From positions 434,001 to 498,000 of the forward strand of contig JAIVFI010000023.1 in assembly GCA_025558095.1 (NCBI GenBank): 64,000 bases of DNA. The letters are read 5' to 3'. The DNA comes from Hyaloraphidium curvatum SAG 235-1 (taxonomy: Eukaryota; Fungi; Monoblepharomycota). Below are positions 25,224-36,770 of this stretch, piece after piece. The notes beneath the pieces were generated by a model that had not been told where the DNA came from, made no database searches, and saw only the letters and a list, made by a program, of their open reading frames with translations. The stretch's first letter is position 1. Each line of letters begins with the position of its first letter. Position numbers and translations under genes: made by a program.

Positions 25224-26009
25224 ATGGGAATTGTTGATGAAGTCGAGGCCGCCAACGCCAAGTACGCTGCCGACTTTGGCGACAAGGGCAAGCTCGCCCT
25301 GCCCCCGGCGAGGAAGGTTTGTTTCACGGTGGCCGCAGAGCGCTTCCTGGACCTCACCATCGTCCATCCCCTCAATAGCTCTGCATCCTGACTTGCATGG
25401 ACGCTCGCATTGATCCCGCCAAGGCGTGGGTGGCTCGCGAAGGCCGTTGCGGTTGATGGGGTTCTGATCCAATTCCCCCTGTCAACCGTGATCAACGTGC
25501 TCGCCGGCCCCTTCACCTCCTGTTTCTCATCATCCAGGTTCGGCGTTGCCGAGGGAGATGCCCACGTTATCCGGAATGCCGGCGGGAGGGCCAGCGACGA
25601 CGCTATCCGCTCGATTGTGATTTCCCACAAGCTTCTGGGTACCCAGCAAGGTACTCTTCACAGTTCCGTGCTTCCGAAACGTTCTAAAGTCGTCGTAAAA
25701 CTAGTCGTTCTCGCGCAGCATGAGGATTGTGGCATGTTGTACTTTGACAACTCCACGATGGCCGGCCTTCTCGAGAAGTCGCTCGATAGCGTCGAGATTG
25801 TCGCCGGTCCGGCCTTCAAGGATGTTGGCGCTGGCCCAGGTTCCAAGGAGGGCAACTACATCAATTGGCTCACGATTCCGGGGGACCTGAAGCAATCGGT
25901 CCGCAACGACATCGATCGGATCAAGAACCACCCCCTCTTCGACAAGAAGGTGCCTATTGCTGGCTACGTCTACGATGTCACGACCGGGAAGCTCATTAAG
26001 GTCGAGTAG
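25224..26009 (+). CDS. Beta-class carbonic anhydrase, clade D (COS/CS2-hydrolase-like), 3 introns
   Basis: LALPPARK|LCILTCMDARIDP, GDAHVIRNAGGR, HEDCGM, GYVYDVTTGKL. Confidence 0.92.
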
Positions 26010-26067
26010 ACAACGTTCTATGTACTGCTCAACAACCATTCGTAGCTTAATCTAAACTGGTGGCTCC

Positions 26068-27004
26068 TCATCGGAGCACGATCCGCCCGCCCGGCCCCCG
26101 CATCACACCCTGCACCAGACTGTCGTGTGCTCGCTGCCACTCCCTCTTGCGCCTCTCCTGTTCCGCCTCGAGCTTCTCGCGCCCACCCCAATACGATTCG
26201 GAGAGGGCGCCGAGCTCCTTCCGCAGGAAGTAGTTCACCTCGTAGACCTTGATGGGGTGCAGCGCCGTCGAATTGAGCAGCATCTGCGGCGGAAGGCAAA
26301 AGACGGCGGCCGCGGTCGTCTCTGCGATGAACAGAACGTCCTGGCAGTCCTGGCAGAAGCGCTGGCCACGGAGCCGGAGGCAACGCCGACCGAGCGCAGT
26401 GCCGGGGTCCGGGCACGATATGCCGCAGCGTAGGCATCGGGAACGGTTCAGGACAATCATGAAGTTGCCTGCGAGGGGCGTGAAATGTGAGTGAACAAGA
26501 ACGAGCGCTCCGACCCTCCAAGTACGCACGGAAGTCCTGCGTTGGGACCGGCGGTCCCTCGATCTTTCCCAAAGTCAGGTACTTGATTCGTTTTCTCAGT
26601 CCTTGAATGGGCGAATCGGCCGCGGGAGCAGAAGGAACGGGGTGGTACGAAGAAAGGACGAAAGGTTGCCACAAGACATCGTCGACGCCGATCGCGTAGA
26701 GACGTTTGCACGCCAGGAGAATGGCGCAGAGATCGTTCGCGGACAGCATGGCGAGAATCGGCAGGAGAAGCTCGTCGGGGAGCTCCACCAGAGAGCTGAG
26801 CTGGTTGGGGGAGCGTCCAGCTACGACCAACGCCGACTTCCCCGCTGCTCCGGGCGACGAAGGCTCGGCAGCAACACGATTGGAGGCCGAGGCCCTCCGT
26901 CCCGTGGCTCCCGCGGGCACAGGCGAGGGGCCGGAGCCATTCGTCATGGCCACATTCGCCGTACCGGCCCGCGCGGGCTTGCCCTTCGACTGGTTGGCTC
27001 CCAT
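26068..27004 (-). CDS. F-box protein with C-terminal Zn-finger/XPA-C-like region; predicted N-myristoylation
   Basis: MGANQS start; LVELPDELLLPILAML...CKRLY..DDVLW; CLRC..CQDC, YFLRKEL..YWGGREKL. Confidence 0.8.
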
Positions 27005-27271
27005 AGCGGCAGTTTGGTATTGCAAGCTTCGTCGTCCTTTTTGCGAAGCAGACCCCGCACCGTTGTGCCCCGGAGCTGCCGCCTGCCCGACGCCGATCAC
27101 CGCCCGGCCAATAAGTCCGATCCGCGAATGCTACGCGCGGACCGCCCCATCCGGTCGATCGTAGCTCATCTCCTCAATCGTACAACTCGGACTGCTTCTT
27201 GTGCCTTCACAAGCCTCCCGCGCCGCTCAACGCCCCTCGTTCTCCCCTACATCGCGTCCCAATCGCGCGCA

Positions 27272-27942
27272 ATGTCGACGGAGCTCACTTTGCTGTCGGG
27301 GAGCACGGTCGCGCCCTACTCCCCAGCCGTGACCGCAAATGGCTTCATGTACGTTAGGTGCGTGATGCTGCGATGTCGGCCGTGGTTCAGCGAAGGCGCG
27401 GAAGTTGTTGACGCGTCCCCTGGCATGCCACAGCGGCCAGGTCGGCATCGACGCGAACCTGAAGAAGGTTGAGGGAGGATTCGAGGCCGAGGTGAGATTC
27501 CTGATGTGAGGGCTGTCCTCACCGAGTCTGATTGGCACGGTCGGCACAGGTCAAGCAGGTCCTCGCGAACCTCAAGAGCGTGATCGAGCGGGGTGGAGGC
27601 AAGCTGGACAGGGTGCGTCCAACCACTCCTCGCATCACCCTCTGACCTAATTGGGATGGCGCGGGGACAGGTCGTCAAGTGCACCGTCTTTCTCACAGAC
27701 ATGAGCAACTTCGGAAAGCTGAACGAGCACTACGCCGCGGTATGCCGTGCTACTCGCTCGCGAGACTCTAGTTGTTGACACGAACGATCTCACACAGTTC
27801 TTTGGCTCGCACAAGCCGGCGCGATCGGCCTTTGCGGTCAAGGGTAAGAACGCAGGGTCATTTGCCCTTGGCGCAGCTCACCCTTCCCTCAGAACTGCCG
27901 CTGGGTTGCCTTGTCGAGATCGAGGCAGTGGTGGCGATGTAA
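27272..27942 (+). CDS. RidA/YjgF/YER057c family imine deaminase, ~6 introns
   Basis: APYSPAV, SGQVG, QVLANLKSVIE, VVKCTVFL, PARSA (conserved Arg), LVEIEAV. Confidence 0.9.
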
Positions 27943-28062
27943 AGCTGGCATCAACGAACAATAGCAATGTTCAGGATCATCATACATCGCTCCTCCATCG
28001 TTCGCACCGCATCCGCAGGGTATAGAATTGAATGAAGTTGACCACGTCCAACAGTTCCCTCC

Positions 28063-28855
28063 TCAGGCCGACATGAGCCCGGCTCCGCCAGCCGCGAATC
28101 CGTATCCTTTCGGGCCGTGAGTTTTGGCATAGCAAGATTTGCACACGATCCCGTCCTTCGATTCCGAGATCGTCGAAGTCTCGAGCAACTTCGAGCACGA
28201 CGTGCACTTCAGGCAGAGTTTGTGAAACTTCGCCCCCTGGGGCCCGATGACCTGCTCCGCAAAATACACAGTCTTGGAGCATCCTGGACAGGTGGAACCG
28301 CCGCCCCCGATGCCGGGCAAGACTTTGGCCTGGACTTTGCCCCCGCTGGTCCGTTCCTTGTCGGCAGAGAGAGTCGAGTCCGTGCTGCCGTTCGATCCGG
28401 CAGAGGCCGGGGTCGTCGGCGACGCCCTGACGGGCGACCCAGAGCGAGGAGCAGCGACGGAGCCCGTTGCCACGGGCTCTGGGTTCAGGAACGCGCCTCC
28501 ACCGGCAAATCCGTACCCTATCCGAGCACCCGTTGCCGTTAGGATAGATTTCGAGCCCATTGTAGCGGACGACCCACCGCGAGGGCCCCAGTTCTTTCCG
28601 TAACACGCCTTGCAGTAAACCTGGCCCTCCCGTTCCGCCAGGGTGGTCGAATCGATGCGCTTCGAGCACGTCAGGCACGTCAAGCAGTTCTTGTGGTACG
28701 GGCCGCCGGGAGCAACGACCTGTAGGTATCCAAAGTGGAAGTCCGGGGTAAGACGCATCCTCCGAAGTTCAACGACAAACACTGACCTGCTCGGCCATGT
28801 AGACCGCTTTGGAGCATCGCGGGCACGTCGGAGCGCCGCCAAACTTAGTCGCCAT
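28063..28855 (-). CDS. Cysteine-rich two-LIM-domain protein (CRP/CSRP-like), 2 introns
   Basis: CPRC..VYMAEQ..HKNCLTCLTC..YCKACYGKNWGP.GYGF and CPGC..HKLCLKCTSC..CKSCYAKTHGPKGYGF. Confidence 0.92.
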
Positions 28856-29026
28856 GGCGTTTCTGTGCTTCCACGTCGCGAGCTAGACCGTGTTTGTCGG
28901 GGTTGTTTGCTGGGTCGCCTTCCCCCTCTCACGAGCAGCGACGATCGGACGGTCAAGTGAGGTCAGCGGAAACAGAATTCAATAGAAAGACCCCAGGCAG
29001 AAGAAAGGCATTTACAAGAAAATGAA

Positions 29027-29906
29027 CTACCACTCGTCTCGCACGCCGAGGACCCGGCCGGTCTCCTTCTCCAACGTCACCAGCAACCTAGTCTTGATTT
29101 GAAGCTCGTCCATGCCCGCAATCCAAGCCAACGCCCTTGTCCGAACCTTGTACACCTGAAGTGTAGGTACAGCCACGCAGATCGTGTTATCGGGATCGAT
29201 CGGGGCAGCAGGTCCGGCCAAGGGGCCAACGGCCGCCGCGAGAGCGGCAGGAATGGCGCGATCGACGAAAGGATCCGCAGGAGGGGAAGCTTGTAGAAAG
29301 ATTGAAGGCGGTTCCAAGAGCTTCACGTCGATATCCTTGAAGACGGTGAGGAGAGTCGCAAAGTCCCGCCTCACATCGGCCGCGGTGCGCCCGCAAACAA
29401 TGCGGTTTTCATAGTGGATGGCGCTTCCGGTCGACAGCTAAGAGATATCGTGCGTCAGCGTAGGGACGAATTGATTTCGAGGCGAGGCTCACGTCCTCAA
29501 TGATTCGTGCCTGCGATTCAGAATCCGATGCCGCGTACAGCGCCAAGACCCGCTCCAAGGCCATCTGCGCCAGCAAGGGAACCGAGGAGGCCGGTTGAGG
29601 CGAGGAGTGTTTCTCCAGGGCCTCCCGGTCACATGTCCTCGCAGGAGTTGACGGGACCGAGGCGATGCTCGTAGGAACGTGCCACAAAGCCGCCGGAATT
29701 ATGCCCGCAAGACTCCGTGACGCATGTGTCGCTCCGCGAGGGGGCAGCATGGCCGCTCTCGCCGCGCTGACGGCTGCCGGATGCGGGACCCCGAACGGGA
29801 GACGGGAGCCCGTGCCCGTCCATGCAGGCGAAGAGGGAGCGAACGAAACCAGGCGAAAGGCAGGAATGCCAAAAAGAACGCGCGGGTCGAACGCAGGGAC
29901 GTCCAT
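29027..29906 (-). CDS. Hypothetical protein, C-terminal NTF2/SnoaL-like region possible
   Basis: Spliced ..RIIED|LSTGSAIHYENRIV...TRLLVTLEKETGRVLGVRDEW*; start uncertain. Confidence 0.5.
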
Positions 29907-30221
29907 GTCGAGGAAGCTGCCGTCGTCGCGACGACGATTGGGAACGGATCGGCGGGCGGAGGGATCGGAGACCGCAAAAACTATCGGCACAGAGGCGACA
30001 GTCTCGACCTGAGAACCAAGGCTACAAAGCTCAAAGCCGTTGATCAAACATCCTCGAGCGTGTTGATTTGCGAATCCAATCTGTAGCGGCGCTCGGGATA
30101 GGCCTTCTACTTGTCGCGGTCCCCGAGATCGGCCGTCGTTTCCATCATGCGCTTAAGATGCTCCCTTGTCTCCGGGTTCTGAAAGCGACCATTGCATCAT
30201 CGGTGAGCTGAAGATCCTCCC

Positions 30222-30665
30222 TCAGGACTCCTGGCCGACCGTGAGCGTGAACTCGTTCTTGGTGTTCGGGGAAGGCTTGATCTGCGTCGCCTCCTGGTCG
30301 CGGATGCCGGTCATTCCGGGTCCCGACTGATCCTGAGCGGCAATGTTGCTGGGAGAAGAGCCGTAGGAATCGATGGCTGAGGGCGGAACATAAATCGATG
30401 AGCGTCTCGTGCGTGACCGTGGAGTCGAAGAGCGAAAGCATGCGTGATCCGATCCCCTGCATGATTCCGGCAGTCCCAGATGGAAGTCCTTCTACTCACT
30501 TTTGCTGCCTTCGCGCCACTCAAGCCTCTCGTTCCCGGTCTGGGTCGAGAAGGGGTCGAGGGCCTCCGCGACTTTCGACGCGGCCGCGCCGACGGAGCTC
30601 ATGGCCGACGCGACGAGGCCTTGGGCACCGTGTTGCTGAGAAGAGGTTTCGTCCTTCTTGTCCAT
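30222..30665 (-). CDS. Small hydrophilic protein, spliced
   Basis: MDKKDETSSQQHG... exon and terminal exon GSSPSNIAAQDQSGPG...TVGQES*. Confidence 0.5.
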
Positions 30666-30887
30666 GGCGACGTGCTTTTTCTTGGTCGTGCGGAGGATGT
30701 TGTCCACGTCAGCTCCCAGCACTTCGACCGACGCGCGGGGAGAGCTCAAAACTTGACCTCCCCACGTCGACAAAAAGGACCGAATCCTACGAATGCGGCA
30801 TGCTTTGCTTTGTTTCAATGCCCAATGACCCCCCGCTGGTCTGCAACTGGAGCATTTGTTCAGTAGAAGCGGACTTCTCGAGGAGCT

Positions 30888-32081
30888 ATGCCCCGCATCG
30901 CGAACCCCGTGGTTCGGCGGCTCGGTGCCATCGTCATCCTGCTCATGGCGGCTCTCTCCGTGCTGGGTCTGCTTTTGTATCGTCGGAACCCGGCTGGAGC
31001 TGCCAGCAAAGCTTCGACACCGGCTCTGGAGCGGACGAACATGTCTCTCGTTGACGTTGTCGCGCTTCCGGACTTGGAGGCTCCGCTCAAGGACCCCTTC
31101 TACAATGCTGGCTTTCTTCGGAACCTGATTATTGTTGCTGGCCATGCCGTACTGCGCTTAGGGCTCAAAGAAGCTCTGAAAGGTAGACCGAGCACCATTT
31201 CTGGCGAATCGGCCTGGGCTCTGCAGAGCTACCAGAATCAAACGGACGTCAACGCGATCGTGCAGCACATTCGTTTGGGCGTCGAGATAGCATCGAAGGA
31301 TCCAAAGTCGCTACTGGTCTTCAGCGGAGGGCGGACGAACTCCGCCTTTGATAGGAGCGAGGGCGTGAGCTACTGGTTGGCTGCTCGAGCTCTCGGATGC
31401 TTTCGAAACAGGACCGGACTTGGCGTGGCAAACATCGCTGGAGTGCTGGCCGGGAGCAATGGAAGTATCTTGCTGCCGGTTGAGTACCGCTCAATAGCTG
31501 AGGAGTATTCGCGGGACTCGTACGAGAACCTGCTGTTCAGCATTTGCCGGTTCAGAGCATTCACGGGACGATACCCCACAAATGTGACGGTGATCTCGTT
31601 TCGGTACAAGAAGCTCCGTTTCGCAGATTTCCACCGAGCCGCGATCCGGTTTCCTGCCGACCGCGTTTCCTTCTTCTCCGAGCCTCGTGCTTTCTCCTCA
31701 AGCGGGAAGCACCGACGCAGCATTGCGTCTGCCCTTTACCGCTCGCAAACGGAATCGCTTGCCAGAGTCCGGAACGACTCTTCAATTCCGGAGCATGAGA
31801 TTTCCCATTCCCTCATGTCGTCGCTGCAGGACCCACACGGATGCTTTCCTCCCCTGTCAACGAAGCGGAAGCAGCGGGATCCGTTCCAGCAGGGACCTGT
31901 TCCGACCGATGAATGCCCGGAAATTCGAGACCTGATTACGGTTTGCAATCCAGCGACCATGGCGAAAGTCGCGAGACTCAAAGGAAAAGGAGGCGGCATC
32001 AAACGACTCTACATCGGTCCCGTGCCATGGGATGGTGCTGCGGGTGATGTTGGGGTTGAAAGTGCGGACGAAGACATATAG
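30888..32081 (+). CDS. DUF218-like protein (yeast YOR238W-like) with N-terminal TM anchor
   Basis: LIIVAGHAV, LLVFSGGRT, SEGVSY, EEYSRDSYENLLFSICRF, YKKLRFADFH. Confidence 0.8.
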   Translation: MPRIANPVVRRLGAIVILLMAALSVLGLLLYRRNPAGAASKASTPALERTNMSLVDVVALPDLEAPLKDPFYNAGFLRNLIIVAGHAVLRLGLKEALKGRPSTISGESAWALQSYQNQTDVNAIVQHIRLGVEIASKDPKSLLVFSGGRTNSAFDRSEGVSYWLAARALGCFRNRTGLGVANIAGVLAGSNGSILLPVEYRSIAEEYSRDSYENLLFSICRFRAFTGRYPTNVTVISFRYKKLRFADFHRAAIRFPADRVSFFSEPRAFSSSGKHRRSIASALYRSQTESLARVRNDSSIPEHEISHSLMSSLQDPHGCFPPLSTKRKQRDPFQQGPVPTDECPEIRDLITVCNPATMAKVARLKGKGGGIKRLYIGPVPWDGAAGDVGVESADEDI

Positions 32082-32172
32082 AGCTTCTCAGAACGATGCG
32101 CTGCGGCACGGTTGAAGGCTAGATCATACTTTGTCTCGAGATCATAATTATGTATCTCAATATACCCATGGA

Positions 32173-33492
32173 TCACAACGCTGGTAATGGCGGAAGTCGC
32201 CTGGGTCTGGGTTTCGCTATGACCTTCTCGCACCAGGCAGCCGCTTGCAAGAGGTGTAGATCGTCAAGGTACTTTCCTACGAGCTGTATTCCCAACGGCA
32301 GCCCGCTTGCACCGTCACCGGCCGGCAAAGCGATTGCTGGAGCGCCGAGAAAGGACCATGGGGCGCAAAATATCGGATCTCCCGTGTTGCCGAGCCCTTC
32401 TGGAGCGGTCCCCGGGGAGGCCAGGGTGATGAGGGCATCGAAACCTTCCATGACGGAGTTCATAGAGCGACGCAGCACTCGTTGCAGCTTCAATGCTTTG
32501 GCATACTCTGATTCGGGGACAGTCGAGCCCTCGCTGACCAGATCTTTCAAGTGTTGGGTAACCTCGTTCGGATTGTTCGCGACGAGGTCTGAAAAGATGG
32601 CTGCGGCCTCCGTTGCTAACACCGTACGGGCTGCGCTCCACATAAAGCCGAACTCGGCTGGCAGCTCTGCGACCACGATGGTGGCTCCCGCCGTCGACAG
32701 CAGCGAGATGACACGATCAAAGAAGTCCTTCATCTCCGTGTCCGTTCGATCCCATTCGGCCGTGCGTACCACTCGAATCCGAGGAGCCGTCGGCATATCC
32801 AAACCAAGACCCAGGCCGATTCCGAGTGGTGGCACAGTTTCACCATGAACGTCGGCCGCGTCCGTGCCAAAGAGGAGGCTCGCCGCAAACGCGGCGTCGA
32901 CAACGCAAGGAGCAAAGACGCCGACGTGGTCCAGGGATCCCGCCAGCGGTTGAATGCCAGTCCTCGGTATTGCGCCGTAACTCGGTTTGAAACCGACGAC
33001 ACCACAAAATGCGGCCGGCCGAATGATTGATCCGTAAGTCTGCGTCCCCAAGGCAAGCGGGACGATTCCGGCGGCTACAGCGGCCGCAGAACCACTCGAC
33101 GAGCCTCCTGGCGTGTATCCGAGCTTCCAGGGGTTGTGTGTCGGCCCCGGTCCGCGCCAGGCAAACTCGGTCGTCACCGACTTGCCAAGCAGTGTCGCTC
33201 CCAGGTCGCGGAGCCGAGAAACGACCCAGGCGTCCTTCCCGGGCTGTCGGCCCCTGTAAACCGGTGAGCCACATTCCGTAGGCATGTCGAAGGTGTCCAT
33301 GAGGTCCTTCACGGCAACTGGAATACCACGAAGAGGTCCGTGATTCGAAGCAACGATCTCCTGGGGAAGGAAGGCAAAGGCGCGTATGTGGGGCTCCCAT
33401 GCCCGGGCAGCCGCCATAGATGCGTTGACATATTCGTTTGGATCAGCATCGCCAGCTTGGAAGGCCCGCAACGCATCGACGAGGCCTAGCAT
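32173..33492 (-). CDS. Amidase-signature family amidase, intronless
   Basis: PLRGIPVAVKD (Lys), TPGGSSSGSAAAVAAG, LGTQTYGSIIRPAAFCGVVGFKPS (Ser-cisSer-Lys triad). Confidence 0.93.
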   Translation of the reverse strand: MLGLVDALRAFQAGDADPNEYVNASMAAARAWEPHIRAFAFLPQEIVASNHGPLRGIPVAVKDLMDTFDMPTECGSPVYRGRQPGKDAWVVSRLRDLGATLLGKSVTTEFAWRGPGPTHNPWKLGYTPGGSSSGSAAAVAAGIVPLALGTQTYGSIIRPAAFCGVVGFKPSYGAIPRTGIQPLAGSLDHVGVFAPCVVDAAFAASLLFGTDAADVHGETVPPLGIGLGLGLDMPTAPRIRVVRTAEWDRTDTEMKDFFDRVISLLSTAGATIVVAELPAEFGFMWSAARTVLATEAAAIFSDLVANNPNEVTQHLKDLVSEGSTVPESEYAKALKLQRVLRRSMNSVMEGFDALITLASPGTAPEGLGNTGDPIFCAPWSFLGAPAIALPAGDGASGLPLGIQLVGKYLDDLHLLQAAAWCEKVIAKPRPRRLPPLPAL

Positions 33493-33677
33493 CCGCGTAC
33501 GCGTTTGGGTTTGTTTACGGCTCGGCGACGCCGACATCAGGGGTCCGTCGTTCCGCTCCTGCTGAGGACCCTCATCATTGAGCCCCAAGCTTCTCGGGAC
33601 CCTTGCGGTGCTCAAGAAGACCTCCAACTTCCTGCAGACTGGTCTGCGTCGTTCGTTCGATTGCATTCCCTGCCAGC

Positions 33678-35235
33678 ATGGCGACCGTTCCTTCCTGGAC
33701 GCCCGAGGGCGTCTTCGTCGCAGGGCAGCAGTGCATTCACGCCGGAAACCTCTTCGTCGCACAATGGTGGACTCAAAATAACCTCCCCGGCGACACGGGG
33801 CCGATGGCGTCCAAAGTGTGGAAGCTCGTGGGACCGGGCGGCGCCGCGATAGCCGCTGCTCCGACCCCGGCGCCGGCGGTTGCTGCACCGACTCCGACGC
33901 CCGCAGCACCTGCTCCGGCGGCACCCGCGCCCGCTGGCCCCGTGGGAGCTTGCAAAGCTTGGAATCCGACCGCCGTTTACGTCGAGGGCAACACGGCCTT
34001 CTTCAACGGCCACGCTTGGAGGGCCAAGTGGTGGACTCAGAACAACCAACCCGGCCTGCCCGCCTCGAACATGTGGCAGGACCTCGGACCGGGAGTCGAG
34101 GCGCCGCCGGACGCCTGGGACCTGCTGGACGCCCTGCTTGTGCCGGCGAACGCCGGCAAGGAGCTTCCCATCACAGACGCCGCCCAGCTCACGGCCATGT
34201 GGGGCTCCGCGGACCCCGTGAACCCCGCAACCACCCCTGCCGCGGTGGCGGCGGCGCTCGCGGCCCATTTCCCTGCCGCAACCTACGACTCCATGTTCCC
34301 AAACGCGTTCCAGTCGCCCGCGCACCTCGCACGGAACAACCTTCCCCCACTGCCTTCGCAGGCCCAGCCCTACTACTCGTACGCCAACTTTGCAGCGGCC
34401 GTGACCAAGATCGCGGACATTCTGGTGCTCCAGCAACACAACACGGACGGCACCTCCCGCCACGTCCACTTTTCCAAGTCGTCCCGCACGCACGTTCTCC
34501 TGCGGTGCGACCCGACCTTCACCCGATCTGCAACCACCGCGTCGACCGTGATCGACTACGGCGCCTTCTTCACCGTGCCCGCCCCGGCGCTGCAGCGCAA
34601 CCTAGCGGCCTTCCTCGCCAACATCGCCCACGAGACCACGGGCGGCTGGGACGGCGCCCCGGGCGGGCGCTATGCGTGGGGGCTGTACCACAACGAGGAG
34701 CAGGAGGCGCACAAGTTCCCCGAGGGACAGTACGTCGACACGGGGCGGTTCCCGGCGGAGAAGGGGAAGCGGTACCACGGGCGCGGGCCGATCCAGCTCA
34801 GCTGGGTGAGTTTCGCGGTCCTTTGCGCCCGAAGCTGCGATGCTGATGGTGGCGCGACGGCAGAACTACAACTACTACCAGGCTTCGCAGACCCTCTTCG
34901 GAAACCATGCAACGCTGCTCTCCGACCCCGAGATGGTCACCCGCGACGGCACCGTGGGCTTCATGACGGCCCTCTGGTTCTGGCAAACGCCGCAGCCGCC
35001 CAAGCCGTCGTGTCAGCAGGTGATGACGGGGGCTTGGCAGCCCACCCAGGCCGATCTCGCCGCGAACCGCCTTCCTTGCTTTGCTACGACCATCAACGTC
35101 ATCAACGGACGGCTCGAGGCCGGAATCCCGAACGATGCCAGGGTCAAGGACCGCGCGGGCTTCTACCAGACGTTCTGCGCCACGCTGGGCGTCCAGCCCG
35201 ACGAGGCAGACTGCTGCAGGCAGAAGAGCTGGTGA
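33678..35235 (+). CDS. GH19 chitinase with two N-terminal CBM5/12 chitin-binding modules; intron 34806-34863
   Basis: AQWWTQNN and AKWWTQNN modules; AAFLANIAHETTGG, WGLYHNEE, YHGRGPIQLSW|NYNY, ALWFW, KPSC, INVING. Confidence 0.92.
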
Positions 35236-35431
35236 GGCGTTGATGGGCAGCTGAAGTGAATTGCTAGAATCTTTGTCGTGCCGTTTGTTGCGTTGTGCGA
35301 ATGCCGCGATCGATGAATTGATCCTCACCATTGCCGATCAAGCGCGTCGACTCCCCACGAAAACGACCGCGCCCGCCTCGCCCGGCGTCTTTCCTACTCC
35401 ATTCCGCGACCGCGCAAGTCTGCCAACCAGA

Positions 35432-35890
35432 ATGGACTCGCTCTGCCGCGCCGTCCGTGCCCTCGCGACCGCCTGCCTCCTGGCCGCCCTCACCGCGATC
35501 GGCCTCACCTGCTGCCCCGCGGCCCCGGGCCCCGACTCGGACCCCGAAGCCGCCGAGCCGCTCCGCAAGTCGCCGACGCCGGGATCGTCGCCGCAGCGGG
35601 GCCGCGTGGCCGCCGGCACGGCCGACGCGCCCGACGCGCCCGCCCAACCCGGTGCGAACTCGCCGCCCCACCCCGCTCTGCCACCTCCGATCCGCACCGA
35701 GCTCCCCGCCGGCCGCTCGCGCTCGCTCCCGCCCCCCGATTCCGGCGGCACGCTATCGCCCGGCGCCTCGCCGTCCCCCGGGCCGGCGGAGGCCGCCGCG
35801 GCGCACGGCGAGGAGCCGGAGCACATCTGGGATCACACGGGGGGGACCACACTCGGACAGCCGGCCAAGAAGAAGCGCAGGCCGAGGTGA
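35432..35890 (+). CDS. Hypothetical Pro-rich protein with N-terminal hydrophobic/Cys segment
   Basis: MDSLCRAVRALATACLL... ORF with GC3 bias; basic C-terminus. Confidence 0.45.
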   Translation: MDSLCRAVRALATACLLAALTAIGLTCCPAAPGPDSDPEAAEPLRKSPTPGSSPQRGRVAAGTADAPDAPAQPGANSPPHPALPPPIRTELPAGRSRSLPPPDSGGTLSPGASPSPGPAEAAAAHGEEPEHIWDHTGGTTLGQPAKKKRRPR

Positions 35891-36326
35891 CCTCTCCCCC
35901 CCCGCCGCGACCCGGGCCGCGGGTGCCGCGATCGCCGTCTGACATTTCCGATCGCCCCGCCGCAGGCCGCAGACGCCGCTCCCGCCGCTCCCGAGCACCG
36001 GATCGGGCGAGAGCAAGCCGAAGAAGGGGAAGAAGGCGGGGAAGGGCGGGGCGAAGGGCGAGGAGGGGGCGGCCGGGCCGGCGTAGGTGGGAGGGACGGG
36101 GGGACTGATCGGGGGCAACGTGGGGGAGAATCGGGGCAAGGGGGGCGCATGAATTATCGTCAGATGAACAAGAGATGAGATCGGGTGCGGGGATGGCTCT
36201 GATATCTCCGAATCGGCTGTCTTTCCGTCCCGTGTCTGGTGACGTTCGAGGAACTCTAGTCCGGGTGTCGACCCTGACTGTCGCCCACCGCTCCAACTCC
36301 TCGCGCTCTTGCCGGCGTTTCCAAAG

Positions 36327-36770
36327 ATGATGTCCGCCGGCCCGCCACCGAGCATCTACGCCCTCGTCCAGCTCTTCCAGGACCCGCAGCCCTACGGCGC
36401 CCGCGCCGTCTTCATGCCCACGGTCAAGTTCACGGAGGACACCTGCCGGAACGTTTACCTGGGCCAGATGCTGGGCAACGCGCACGTGGAAAAGTTCGGC
36501 GGCCGCGACGCGTTCCTGAAGGAGTGGAAGGAGCTCTACAAGGGCCCGCCGGTGGCCGATCCGGTGGCGTGGCTGCAGAAAGTGAAGGGGTCGGCGCTCG
36601 AGTGGGAGCAGGTGTTCCAGAACGCGGACAATGCCGAGGAGGCGAGGGGCAAGGTGAAGGAGGCGCTCGAGGGCGAGGAGTGGGAGGAGTGGGCGGTCTA
36701 CAAGACGGGAAACGGGGACGTCGAGCACGGTCGGTGCTTCGGGGACCGAGAGGGTCGAAGCGTGCCTTGA
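36327..36770 (+). CDS. Hypothetical protein
   Basis: ~147-aa ORF with strong GC3 codon bias and globular-looking composition. Confidence 0.6.
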   Translation: MMSAGPPPSIYALVQLFQDPQPYGARAVFMPTVKFTEDTCRNVYLGQMLGNAHVEKFGGRDAFLKEWKELYKGPPVADPVAWLQKVKGSALEWEQVFQNADNAEEARGKVKEALEGEEWEEWAVYKTGNGDVEHGRCFGDREGRSVP

